Below are positions 9,235 through 19,019 of a stretch of 64,000 bases of DNA, piece by piece; the first letter of the stretch is position 1; each line of letters opens with the position of its first letter. The notes under the pieces are model-generated. The model was not told the DNA's origin, ran no database searches, and worked only from the letters and a program-made list of their open reading frames with translations. The translations under genes were made by a program, and so were the position numbers. The DNA lies in NCBI GenBank assembly GCA_964344595.1, contig CAYFNV010000003.1, positions 7,014-71,013 of the forward strand. The letters are read 5' to 3'. This DNA comes from an uncultured Nitrospina sp. Lineage in GTDB: Bacteria > Nitrospinota > Nitrospinia > Nitrospinales > VA-1.

Positions 9235-10317
9235 TTAGGCCTTACGCTTTTCAAAATCCTTCATATAATCAATCAGAGCATCGACGCCAGCTTCAGGCAT
9301 GGCGTTATAGATACTCGCTCGCATTCCTCCGACTGAACGATGACCTTTTAGGGTGGTTAACCCAGCATCCTCAGCACCTGCTAAAAATTCTTTGTCTAAG
9401 TCGGCATTGGCCAACACAAATGGCACATTCATCCGAGACCGCGAAGCTTTTTCCACGGGATTACTATAGAAGTTCGAATTATCAATCGCGGCATACAATT
9501 TATTGGCCTTGTTTTCGTTCAATTTTTCCATGGCGGAAAGTCCCCCTTGTTTTTTCACCCATTTGAAGACCAAACCCGCTAAATAGAGCGTATACGTCGG
9601 AGGAGTATTCAACATCGAATCCGCTTCAGCTTGTTGCGCGTAATCGAAAACACTCGGGGTCGTGGATAACGAATTTCCAATGAGATCATCGCGAACAATT
9701 ACTAACGTGACGCCCGCTGGCCCAATATTTTTTTGCGCACCCGCATAAATCAGTCCAAAACGACTCACATTCAATGGACGGGATAAAATCGTCGAGGAAA
9801 AATCGCCAACCAGTGGCACATCCCCGGTATCAGGAATCCAATGAAACTCCACACCACCTATTGTTTCGTTTGGAGTATAGTGCACATAAGCAGCATCTGA
9901 ACTCAAAGACCAGTTCTCAAAGGGAGGAATGGAGGTGAATTTATCAGCTTCAGAGGAAGCCGCAACGTTCACCTCGCAATATTTTTTTGCCTCACTAATG
10001 GCTTTCTTTCCCCAAGCACCAGTCCAAATATAATCAGCTTTGGTTTTCCCACGAAGCAGATTCATGGGAATTGTTGCAAACTGGGCAGTCGCACCCCCTT
10101 GTAAAAACAGGACCTTATAATTCTTGGGTACATCCAACAGTTCACGGACATCCTTTTCCGCCTCCTCGTGAACAGATACAAATTCCTTGCCTCTGTGACT
10201 CATCTCCATGATCGAAGCCCCAGAACCATGCCAATCCGGCAATTCTTCTTGCGCCTGCTTTAACACGGCTTCTGGTAACATCGCTGGGCCTGCACTGAAA
10301 TTATATTTTCTGGGCAT
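9235..10317 (-). CDS. serC: Phosphoserine aminotransferase
   Basis: 360 aa. FSAGPAMLP..., GGATAQF, the PLP Lys region ([10 protein letters not shown]) and [12 protein letters not shown] are all present. Confidence 0.95.
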   Translation of the reverse strand: MPRKYNFSAGPAMLPEAVLKQAQEELPDWHGSGASIMEMSHRGKEFVSVHEEAEKDVRELLDVPKNYKVLFLQGGATAQFATIPMNLLRGKTKADYIWTGAWGKKAISEAKKYCEVNVAASSEADKFTSIPPFENWSLSSDAAYVHYTPNETIGGVEFHWIPDTGDVPLVGDFSSTILSRPLNVSRFGLIYAGAQKNIGPAGVTLVIVRDDLIGNSLSTTPSVFDYAQQAEADSMLNTPPTYTLYLAGLVFKWVKKQGGLSAMEKLNENKANKLYAAIDNSNFYSNPVEKASRSRMNVPFVLANADLDKEFLAGAEDAGLTTLKGHRSVGGMRASIYNAMPEAGVDALIDYMKDFEKRKA

Positions 10318-10600
10318 TACAACATATCTCCTGCTTTGGTCATGAGAGACAAAAACTCTCTATGGCCTATTTAACCTGCAAAATTAAAATAAATTTTCCC
10401 TTAAGTCTCAAAGAGACATAGAGCCTTTTAAATCCAATCTAGGGGATATTGAAGGTTGGGATATTTTTATGAATTTCCGGGTTTTTGAAGAAATAAACCC
10501 GTGATTACCCTGATCGAAGCTCGACCATGAGCCTTACTTTATAAAGGAATTTTGTTTTAAAATCCAGTTTTTCTGGTCAGGAAGTGGTTGTGAGGTGGGG

Positions 10601-11578
10601 TCAGGTTTTATCCGGATCGGATGGGGAGTCAGAATCTTCCAGCTCAAGCCCCAGATCTTCTATTTCGACTTCAGGAATCTCTTCATTACTGATGGTTAGA
10701 GGTCCATCTGAGTCATCAATTTCCAGTTTTATTTCTAATTCTTCGGTTTCAGGCCGAGGTGGACTTGCTTCGGGAGTCTCGGGTTCATCACTCATATCCA
10801 ATGATATTTCAGTATCTCCAAGGTCTAGAACCGGGGCTTCAGGTTCGTCTGCTTCATGGTCTAGATTTATGGCTGGAGTGATTTTAAGCTCCTCATTAGC
10901 CGATTCTGGTTCAAGAGCATTTGTTTCAGCACTATCCTCTAAACCATTTATTTCCAGTGCTATATCTTCCTCTGGTTGTTCAATTTTTATTGATTCTTCA
11001 GAAGTAGTATCATTCAATCCATCAATTTTTAAATCTATATTTTCCTGGCTCAGGTCTATTGTTTCTAGTGCTTCTTGGGTTTCAATTTCTGATTCCAAGC
11101 TAACTTCAGTAACATCAGTCTCGGTATCGGAGCTTGCTGAAGTAGAAGGTTCCTCTTCAATGGGTTCAAGGCCTAACCCTAACCCCTCTACTTCCATTTC
11201 CTCTAAATTGATACCGGCATCCGTGCCAAACTCCATGGAACTGAAGTCTGGAGTCTTTTGCTCAGAACTTTCTGACTCTAAATTGGTTTCCACTGGCTCT
11301 TTTTGGGCATCGGACAAATTTAAAAGGAATTCCCCTGTTTCAAGATCCGTATTTTGATCTATTGGGGGTTCGGCAACTGCAATATCATCCGCTGTATGAG
11401 GGGTGGATACACTGGATGATTCTTGTTCTGATGAAGCCTTAGAGTGGGAAAAAATCGAAAAAGATTCATTGCGAAAAAGGGATTCCGATGAGAGCGAGGC
11501 CTTCTTGAAACTAAAGCCACAGCTACCACATACCTTTTCCTGCTTGAATGAAATGTAACTACAATTAGGGCATTGCAT
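10601..11578 (-). CDS. Zinc-ribbon protein with a long low-complexity poly-acidic tail
   Basis: N-terminal CPNC..(12)..CGSC zinc ribbon. About 270 aa of E/D/S/T-rich sequence follows. Confidence 0.55.
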   Translation of the reverse strand: MQCPNCSYISFKQEKVCGSCGFSFKKASLSSESLFRNESFSIFSHSKASSEQESSSVSTPHTADDIAVAEPPIDQNTDLETGEFLLNLSDAQKEPVETNLESESSEQKTPDFSSMEFGTDAGINLEEMEVEGLGLGLEPIEEEPSTSASSDTETDVTEVSLESEIETQEALETIDLSQENIDLKIDGLNDTTSEESIKIEQPEEDIALEINGLEDSAETNALEPESANEELKITPAINLDHEADEPEAPVLDLGDTEISLDMSDEPETPEASPPRPETEELEIKLEIDDSDGPLTISNEEIPEVEIEDLGLELEDSDSPSDPDKT

Positions 11579-11924
11579 ACTAGAAAAATATATTAAATAC
11601 CCTATAACGTCAAGAAAAATAAATGATTATAAGATTTCAGGTGGTTATCTCTATTTTTCTAAGAATTTCATATTGTAATATTTGAAGAGTGTGGATTAAA
11701 TTTTGCTCATTAGTAGCAATTGTGCGCAATTTTTTCTGGATACGACACGACTGATACATAACTATTTGTTTTACTTGGTATTAATTGGATTTGTTTTGGT
11801 TGGTTTTTCTAGGTGGTTGACGCTTCCAGGGATTTTAGTTAAAATCACATTATCCATTAATTAATAGCTTATAAAAATCCTTGAGTTCCTTATATCTTAA
11901 AGGGTTTTTAGCGTAGGAATTTTT

Positions 11925-12581
11925 GTGAAGTTTAAAAAAATCAGCAATTTAATATGTCTTGCTCAATTCAAGCTTGGAGGGTTGGTCTTTCCAATATTTG
12001 AACCGGTGCTCCGTTTTATTGAAAATAAGAATCCGGAGGTTCGTAGGCATTTCAATCAGGCTCTTGCCAGTATGAATGAGAAAAAGCAAGCCATAGCTTT
12101 GTTGAATCTTAATATGGTATTGAGTTTAAACCCCAGGCATTTCCTGGCCCGGGTATTCCGAGGAAGAATTTATATAAAAGAAGGTCAGTATCGGTTGGCA
12201 TCTGAAGACTATTTGGAAGCAAATAGGATCAGCCAGTACCGTTTTATCCATTATGACTTGTATCGGGAATATTTTCGGTCAGTAAACAGTGAGTTTGGAG
12301 GCGAAGGAAGTAGCATTATCAAAAACTTTGATAAGGTTTTCGAGACACTACAAATCAAACAGGATGGTGGTTCCAGAGATGGAAGCACTGATCTGGGGCA
12401 AGAAGTTCAAGAAAAGCTTGCGATGATGGATTCTGGTTTGAAAGAGGGAGATGAAATTACTTTCCGGGAACTTGTTCTTAGCCCTGATGAAACTGAAAAA
12501 TTCATGAATATGGGTCCCATCACCCAGACAGAAATAGAAGAAACAGATTGGGATCAACTTGCTGATGATTTGACCCCCTGA
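11925..12581 (+). CDS. TPR-like repeat protein with acidic C-terminus (GTG start)
   Basis: AIALLNLNMVLSLNPRHFLARVFRGRIYIKEGQYRLASEDYLEA looks like TPR. No better call is possible. Confidence 0.45.
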   Translation: MKFKKISNLICLAQFKLGGLVFPIFEPVLRFIENKNPEVRRHFNQALASMNEKKQAIALLNLNMVLSLNPRHFLARVFRGRIYIKEGQYRLASEDYLEANRISQYRFIHYDLYREYFRSVNSEFGGEGSSIIKNFDKVFETLQIKQDGGSRDGSTDLGQEVQEKLAMMDSGLKEGDEITFRELVLSPDETEKFMNMGPITQTEIEETDWDQLADDLTP

Positions 12582-12715
12582 TTGAACTAAGGGTGAAAAT
12601 CTTCCAAACTGGTGAACAAAATATAGTTACTGCAAAATTATACCTCTTCGGAGTGTGAAAGCTCCGGAATACTATCACTCCAGCGGAAACACTTCGCTAA
12701 TACTAAGGTCGCACC

Positions 12716-13858
12716 TTGATCAAGCGGCAAGATCTCGAAAAAATTGAAAATAATTACCTCGCTCCCTATGCGATGAAAAGTGGAGAGAGTAAAGGGAGAC
12801 AGCATCAGGAAGAAGAGCACCTCTATAGAACGCGGTTCCAAAGAGATCGTGACCGAATCATTCATACCTCCGCTTTCAGAAGGCTGGAATATAAAACACA
12901 GGTCTTTGTTTATCATGAAGGTGATTACTACCGGACTCGTCTCACCCATTCGCTGGAAGTTGCGCAAATCGCACGCTCTATATGTAAATCCCTGCAACTG
13001 AATGAAGATCTTACGGAAGCGGTAGCTCTGTCTCATGATTTGGGACACCCGCCATTTGGGCACACAGGGCAAAATGTTTTGAATCGATTGATGAAGGGGC
13101 ATGGAGGTTTTGAGCACAATCGACAGAGTTTGAGAATAGTCAAACTGCTCGAAAAACGTTACCCTGAGTTCGATGGACTAAACCTGACCTGGGAAGTATT
13201 GGAGGGGATTAGTAAACACTCCCAAGATGCCGATAATCCCATCACTTCTGATGACTCTGTCCGCTTTCCTTCCCTCGAAGCACAGGTTGCTGACTTTGCC
13301 GATGGTATTGCCTATAACGCACACGACCTGGATGATGGTATTACCTCTCAATTGCTTGATCTGGATCAGTTAAGGAATGTATCTCTCTGGAAAGAGAATG
13401 AAAAAAAATTTGACGAGCAGTATACGGGACTGGATTTCAAACTGAAAAAATACCAGGTGGTAAGAAGTATTATTAATGAGCTCATCAGCGATCTTCGTCA
13501 GGCTACATTGGATAACATTGAGCAATATCAGATAGGAACAGTGGACGATGTTCGATGCGCACCCACTCGCATTGCGACTTTTAGTGCGGAGGTTGCTGAA
13601 AAAAATAAGGAGTTGAAACAGTTTCTCCACAAAAATATGTATTCCCATCGAAAAGTTTTGCGTATGGAGTTTAAAGCTGAATTAACACTAGAGGGTATTT
13701 TTAATGCTTATATTAAAATGCCCGGACTTCTTCCCGAATCAGTCCAGGAAAATACGGGTTCTTTGGAGCGCCAAATTTGTGACTATGTTTCAGGTATGAC
13801 TGACCGTTACGCAATAAATGAACACAAAAACCTGTATTCATCAGACTCAGAAAGTTAG
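12716..13858 (+). CDS. dGTP triphosphohydrolase-like HD-domain protein
   Basis: FQRDRDRIIHTSAFRRLEYKTQV, RLTHSLEVAQIAR and HDLGHPPFGH motifs. A TTG start is needed to include the conserved N-terminus. Confidence 0.85.
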   Translation: MIKRQDLEKIENNYLAPYAMKSGESKGRQHQEEEHLYRTRFQRDRDRIIHTSAFRRLEYKTQVFVYHEGDYYRTRLTHSLEVAQIARSICKSLQLNEDLTEAVALSHDLGHPPFGHTGQNVLNRLMKGHGGFEHNRQSLRIVKLLEKRYPEFDGLNLTWEVLEGISKHSQDADNPITSDDSVRFPSLEAQVADFADGIAYNAHDLDDGITSQLLDLDQLRNVSLWKENEKKFDEQYTGLDFKLKKYQVVRSIINELISDLRQATLDNIEQYQIGTVDDVRCAPTRIATFSAEVAEKNKELKQFLHKNMYSHRKVLRMEFKAELTLEGIFNAYIKMPGLLPESVQENTGSLERQICDYVSGMTDRYAINEHKNLYSSDSES

Positions 13859-13989
13859 TCTGAAAGTTAAAATAAGCTCCTTTGCTTTCGATCAATAATT
13901 GTTATCCAACCTGCACTTGCTATACCCGCTACAACCGGGAAATATTTCCGACAACTATCGTGATACTGGGATAAACTTTAATCCTGTTT

Positions 13990-15836
13990 ATGAGCCACTC
14001 TAGAGAGTTCAGTCTTCGGATGAATAAACCTATAACGATTTTATTCAAGTTGGTTTTTGTGGGACTGTTGTTGTTCATGGTGGCTTTTATTTTGAGAGTG
14101 GAAGTTAGCCAATACGATAGTTTTTCCTACCTTGGGAAGGCTAATTATAATGCTGGTTTCGACTACTACGTGGAACCAGAAATAAATACGCGCCCTCCTT
14201 TGTACCCTTTTTTGCTGACTCCTGTAGCTGCTTTGCAGCATTTGGGAGTTACCCCCCAAACTGTATTGACGATAGCGCAGTTTATCGCCCTCATAATTTC
14301 TTTTGCGTTTATTGGAGCAAGTTATAGGCTTTTCAAGTTAATGTTACACCCTGAGCTGGCGGCACTTGGCGCGATATTGATGATGACTCAGCCCGCATTT
14401 CTGGTTTTTTCCTATGAACCAATGGTGGACTTGCCCTGTTCTTTTTTCATGATTTTTGCCATGCGTTCCTATTTCCTGTATCGTGAAGACCCCAGCCGAA
14501 AAAATCTCTTGTTGATTTGTTTGTTTACGGGGTGGGAATGGTTATGAAATACAGTCTTGTTGTGGTTCCTTGTATTTTTATCTTGGCAGAAGTTCTGGTT
14601 TTGAATACGCATGAAAAAATGCGTTGGGCAGATATTTTAAAGTGCAGGTTTTTATATTTGGTCCCGTTGATCTCTGCTGGAATTTTTTCTTTAGCCAGCC
14701 TGATATCTTTTGCTCCTCAATATGGATGGACCTGGAAAAATGTTTTAATGGTCTTTCTGCCTTTTAGCATGCGCCTTGAATATACTGCTTTACAAGAATT
14801 TGAATTCGATTTCCTGGCAAATTTTTCATTTTTGGAAAAACATATGACCCTCCCGTGGTTTTTTCTGATGATAATGGGGATGGTTTTTTGCCTTAAAAAA
14901 ATGAAATGGCAGAATTTGGTTGTATGGAGCTGGTTTCTCGGGTTCATTACATTCCTTACTTTTGTCAACTGGGACTACCATGTCCAATACCTTTTCCCGG
15001 TTATGCCAGCCTGTTATTTTTTCAGTCTTTACGCATTGGAGAATCTTAACAGTTGGTCAGAAGAACGTATGGCAGGAAAAGGGTATTTATCAGCCTTAAA
15101 AACTTGTGTTATAGCCGCTCTCCTTATATGGCCTGTTATGAATTTCGCGGATGAGATTCAGTCTTTAAGGAGTAATTTTTATAGCAAAGACACTGCTTCC
15201 CGGATCGTATCGAAGTTGAAAAGATTAGCCCCGGAGAAGGACCAGCATGTTTGGTTCTTGGGTGCTTATTATCCCCTTTATCAACCAGGACAGCAAATTC
15301 ACCCTCAAGACAAGTTTTATAAAATCTATCATTTGGGAAACAATGCCTTGAGTTTTTTAAGTGCCAAAAGGATTCGAAGTATTCCAATATCTACTCCTTA
15401 TAAATTTTCCACGCATATAAATAGTGGGAATGTATTAATCTACTACCCCGGTCCATTTGTTACTTCAAAATCTCTTCCCAAACCTGAAAGACTTCCCCCA
15501 GTCTATGTGGGAAAAATAGAACCAACTGTTCTTGTATACAAAAACCAGGAAGGAAACGTAAAAAATTTTGAAACAAAAGATGGTTTATCTAATATTCAAC
15601 TGACTTTTAAAAAAAATAGGCAAATTGTTATTGAAGTTAATATGATTGAAAAGGAGGCTCCCTTAAGTATTGTGTGGTTTAAATTGGATAATCGCATTAT
15701 TAACGATAAAGGAATGGAAAAAGACTTTTTCTATTTTGAATCCAATAAGATTGCTGTCTTGCCCGCAGGCAGAGACTATTTTGAGCGAATTCAGGAAATA
15801 ACTTTCCTTCACTATCAGGCTGAAGGATTTCGTTAG
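13990..15836 (+). pseudogene. ArnT/PMT-like (GT-C fold) membrane glycosyltransferase split by a -1 frameshift at a GGGG run (14529-14532)
   Basis: Two overlapping ORFs (13990..14547 and 14517..15836) are both polytopic. The joined reading ...LLICLFTG|VGMVMKYSLVVV restores a GxGxxxKY-type loop. Confidence 0.6.
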
Positions 15837-15870
15837 TGATTAAAAAACTTTTTGAGTTGTGAGTTGAAGT

Positions 15871-16449
15871 ATGAATAAAATTCAATCAATTTGTGTTTTT
15901 TGTGCTTCCAGTAACTCGGTAGACGATTTATTCAAACAGACAGCTTTGGAGCTTGGTAAAGAGCTGGGGAAGAGAGGGATTGAGCTTGTCTATGGGGGAG
16001 CTTCAATTGGGCTGATGGGCTGTGTGGCCCGTGGAGTGCATGAAGAAAAAGGAAAAGTGATTGGTGTATTGCCGGAGTTTTTTAAAACAAAAGATATTGA
16101 ATATTCTGAAGCGGATGAGTTGATCGTTACCCAGGATATGCGTGAGCGAAAGGCGGTGATGGACCAGAGGTCTGATGCATTTATTGTTTTGCCCGGAGGT
16201 ATTGGAACCCTTGAAGAAGCGATGGAAATTCTTTCCATGCGACAATTACGCCTTACCGACAAGCCGCTTGTTTTTATCAATACCCGGGGGTTTTATGACG
16301 GGCTGCTTGCTACTTTTGAAGAGATGGTGGAAATGAAGTTTGCCAAAGCAAATATCAAGGACATGTACGAAATGGTTCCTGATCCTCAAAGCGCTCTGGA
16401 CTATGTGCTAAATTATGTTCCCAGGAAAACAGATAAAAAATGGTTGTAG
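15871..16449 (+). CDS. LOG family (TIGR00730) nucleotide 5'-monophosphate nucleosidase
   Basis: VFCASS..., GGASIGLMG and PGGIGTLEE motifs. Confidence 0.85.
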   Translation: MNKIQSICVFCASSNSVDDLFKQTALELGKELGKRGIELVYGGASIGLMGCVARGVHEEKGKVIGVLPEFFKTKDIEYSEADELIVTQDMRERKAVMDQRSDAFIVLPGGIGTLEEAMEILSMRQLRLTDKPLVFINTRGFYDGLLATFEEMVEMKFAKANIKDMYEMVPDPQSALDYVLNYVPRKTDKKWL

Positions 16450-16474
16450 AAATTTATTTGAACCGAGGGGCAGG

Positions 16475-17155
16475 TTAATTTGCTTGAACTTCGACATCGG
16501 GGTGAATGGCTTCTTTCAGGAATTGCTCAATGTATTGCAAGGTTCCAGTTGTAGAGCTGGGGCAACTTCCGCAAGCTCCTTGATAGTGAACTTTAATGGT
16601 TTTGTCTTCTATAGACAGCAGGTTGATTCCTCCACCATCATTTGCCAGGGCAGGACGAATGGCGACATCCAGTAACGCATTAATCACCTCTGTTTTTCTA
16701 TCGTTGTTGTAAGTGAAAAAATCTTCTTTATTGAAGTCTTCTAATACAGGATGTACGTCTTTATTTTCCTCTGCGTCATCTCCTTTTTCATAAAAATGCA
16801 AATGGGCTTCAATTGCGGAACCCACCTTCTCCATAATTGTATGCCACCCCACGGCATTGGATTTGGTTATGGTTACAAAGTTTTCTTTAATGTAAATACT
16901 TTGAACTCCAAAAATATCAAACAATGTTTTGGCCATAGGGTCTTCCCCTGTGTCATCGGGGGAGTCAAAAGTTTTTGTGCCTGCTTCTATGACCTTGCCA
17001 TTTAAAATAAACTGGAAAGCATCCGGGTTTGGTGTAGGTTGTATGCGAAGAACCTTGAAATTGCCTTCTTGTTCAGGTGCAGACTCCATACTCTTATCGT
17101 TTTCTATATTCATTGGAATACCAAATTGTTTTTGAATCCAGGCTAGTAAACCCAT
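16475..17155 (-). CDS. Nfu/NifU-like Fe-S cluster scaffold protein (Nfu_N plus NifU C-terminal domain)
   Basis: C-terminal HYQGACGSCPSS CxxC motif. The N-terminal Nfu_N-like region contains TPNPDAFQF. Confidence 0.85.
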   Translation of the reverse strand: MGLLAWIQKQFGIPMNIENDKSMESAPEQEGNFKVLRIQPTPNPDAFQFILNGKVIEAGTKTFDSPDDTGEDPMAKTLFDIFGVQSIYIKENFVTITKSNAVGWHTIMEKVGSAIEAHLHFYEKGDDAEENKDVHPVLEDFNKEDFFTYNNDRKTEVINALLDVAIRPALANDGGGINLLSIEDKTIKVHYQGACGSCPSSTTGTLQYIEQFLKEAIHPDVEVQAN

Positions 17156-17223
17156 TGGATGCTCACAAGTTTAATGTTGGAATTTGTGGCTCATTATATC
17201 TGATTTTCGGGGTAAGAGGATAG

Positions 17224-17811
17224 TCAGATTTCTTCTTTTTTTATAAAAGCAAGCTTATCATTAAAAACATTGAAACTTGCTGTATCGAAGAGGGTAAATA
17301 TTACGGTTTTAATCCCTGTATTTCCAGAAAGGTATTGAATAGCAGCTTGAAGGAGAGTTTCTGCGGCCAGGTCAACAGGAAATCCAAAGATGCCTGTGCT
17401 GATAGCTGGAAATGTAATGGACGTCAGTCCTTTTTCTTCAGCACGTTGCAAGCTATTTAGGGTCGCGTTCCTGAGTTTTTCTACCTCATTGCCTTCGCCC
17501 CATCGGGGGCCTACGGCATGTATTATGAAGCCTGCTTTTAGTTTTCCGGCAGAGGTGATAGCGGCATTGCCAACCGGACAAGAGCCGATGCGGTCGCATT
17601 CTTCCTGAATGGATGGTCCACCCTTATTGCGGATGGCGCCAGCTACGCCCGCTCCTAAAATCAGATCTGAATTTGCAGCATTGACGATGGCATCAGTATT
17701 GCTCTCGGTAATATCGCCTTGTTCAAGCTTAAGCCAGGAATTATTGATTTGAATTTGCAACAGGCAGGTCTCCCGTTGATCCGAAACCCGCTGAGCTGCG
17801 GGTTGTTTCAC
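17224..17811 (-). CDS. Macro domain protein (ADP-ribose / O-acetyl-ADP-ribose binding)
   Basis: GDITESNTDAIVNAANSDLILGAGVAGAI...GFIIHAVGP...SITFPAISTGIFGFP. The GTG at 17811 overlaps dut by 71 nt. A TTG at 17760 would avoid the overlap. Confidence 0.85.
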   Translation of the reverse strand: MKQPAAQRVSDQRETCLLQIQINNSWLKLEQGDITESNTDAIVNAANSDLILGAGVAGAIRNKGGPSIQEECDRIGSCPVGNAAITSAGKLKAGFIIHAVGPRWGEGNEVEKLRNATLNSLQRAEEKGLTSITFPAISTGIFGFPVDLAAETLLQAAIQYLSGNTGIKTVIFTLFDTASFNVFNDKLAFIKKEEI

Positions 17812-18205
17812 TCAGCTCATTGCTGGGTGTAAAAATTACGGTCTCTACTTTTTGAATGACCAGCTGGGCGATGCGATCCCCCGGCTGGATTTTGATTTCA
17901 TCATCAGAGTGATTGAACAAAAGTACTTTAATTTCGCCTCGATAATGTGAATCAATCACTCCTGCTCCGCAATCAAGCCCAAGCTTTACAGCAGGACCAC
18001 TGCGAGGCCAAATCAAACCAGCATATCCTTCTGGCAGTTCAAGGCTAATTCCTGTCGCTACCAGCTCCCGGCTACGAGGACCTATAACAGTGGCATGAAT
18101 TGCTTTTAAATCAGCACCGGCATCTCCCTTATGTGCATACTTGGGAAGATAATCACCTTTGCAGGGAACAGTAGTTGAGTCAGTTTGTTTCACGTTTGAT
18201 TCCAT
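17741..18205 (-). CDS. dut: dUTP diphosphatase
   Basis: GDAGADL, RSGPAVKLG, IDSHYRGEI, GDRIAQL and GFGSTG motifs. Confidence 0.9.
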   Translation of the reverse strand: MESNVKQTDSTTVPCKGDYLPKYAHKGDAGADLKAIHATVIGPRSRELVATGISLELPEGYAGLIWPRSGPAVKLGLDCGAGVIDSHYRGEIKVLLFNHSDDEIKIQPGDRIAQLVIQKVETVIFTPSNELSETTRSSAGFGSTGDLPVANSNQ

Positions 18206-18272
18206 AATATAGCTTATTTGAGAGGATTATAAACAAGCGGAGAGAGGAAAGCGATGTAAATTAAATCAAAAC

Positions 18273-18313
18273 AAAAAAAATCGGGAAAGGGGGTCAACGC
18301 CCCGCCCCTCCCG
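18273..18313 (-). terminator. GC-rich hairpin plus T8 on the minus strand, ~70 nt upstream of dut
   Basis: Minus strand reads CGGGAGGGGCGGGGCGTTGACCCCCTTTCCCG followed by TTTTTTTT. Confidence 0.6.
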
Positions 18314-18790
18314 AGAGAAATCTTCAATCTTATTATATGGATCCTTTTATTTAACCGTCCTTGACATGGAGGCAAATTCCAGCACTACCTGCAAACTCAT
18401 GAAAAGGCGGGGCGCATCCTTGTTAAGAAAGGAGGCGGGTTACTATTGTGCCGGGCCCAGCCCAGCGTCAAAAAGGGGTTCCATTCTACGCCAATTGGAT
18501 GGAAATCATCTGCCGACATTGAACGGAGGATTCGGCTGGCGCTCAATACATTTGGGGGTTTGGGAAGGGGTTTGAGACTCGTAAGCATCCCGCTGGCTGT
18601 TTTCATAAAATCAATTCTGGGATGCATCTCATTCATTGCTATGGAACCCACTTTTCTAGTAACCCGCCGTTGGAAGATCTGCAGCTACTCTCAATTCATT
18701 TTTTCTTTTGGAGAAGCTGAAGCTTGGAACCTGACCAAGCACCTTTACAGCACTCGATCCTATTAAATAGTTCCTTGTATATTGTATACT
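18314..18790 (-). ncRNA. Unassigned candidate non-coding transcript between a promoter-like and a terminator-like element
   Basis: No convincing ORF on either strand. The stretch looks GC-richer than its flanks. Internal helices include GCATCCC..GGGATGC, GCCGA..TCGGC and a long-range GGGGTTCCAT/ATGGAACCC pairing. Family not identified. Confidence 0.25.
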
Positions 18791-18796
18791 TTTGAG

Positions 18797-18825
18797 AAAG
18801 TACCACTACATATAGTGTCTGTCAA
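18797..18825 (-). promoter_or_regulatory. Candidate sigma-70 promoter TTGACA-N17-TACTTT (minus strand)
   Basis: + strand TGTCAA at 18820-18825 and AAAGTA at 18797-18802, separated by a 17-nt spacer. Confidence 0.35.
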
Positions 18826-19019
18826 GCACTAATTTGAAAAAAATTGCCAAAAAACTAATAAGTCTTTTTTTTGTCTATGTTTATGCGCTCTAGAGGGAGC
18901 TCGCTTTAGAGTATTTTGTTATTTGCCTACTATATAATGTGTGATTAGAGTATGGATATTACAATATAAGGTGGATATAAACTTCAGATTACTTAGGGCT
19001 TGGTATTATTTAAAATAGC

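Noticed and set aside
10584-11357. 257-aa Ser-rich ORF on the + strand.
   Set aside because: It is the antisense shadow of the poly-acidic gene, because GAA/GAT-rich codons read as TTC/ATC/TCx on the other strand. It has no start context and extreme low complexity.
18366-18766. Track ORFs of 69, 84 and 106 aa in the gene-free stretch.
   Set aside because: They have no Shine-Dalgarno, use non-ATG starts, mutually overlap on both strands, and have Gly/Arg/Pro-biased composition typical of random ORFs in GC-richer DNA.
18314-18790. I tried to call this region RNase P RNA, tmRNA, SRP RNA or 6S RNA.
   Set aside because: - **RNase P:** the minus strand has GAAAAGTGGGTTCCATAG and CAGATGATTTCC..GTAGAATGGAACCCC, vaguely like the RNase P CR-I and CR-IV/V regions. 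However, the near-invariant GGAAAGTCC, GGTAA..GAGC and ACAGAA..CGGCTTA elements are absent, and a P2 pairing cannot be drawn.
- **tmRNA:** there is no GGGG..5' end, no TCCACCA 3' end and no tag ORF.
- **SRP RNA:** GGTCAGGTTCC lacks the GGAA tetraloop and AGCAGC motif.
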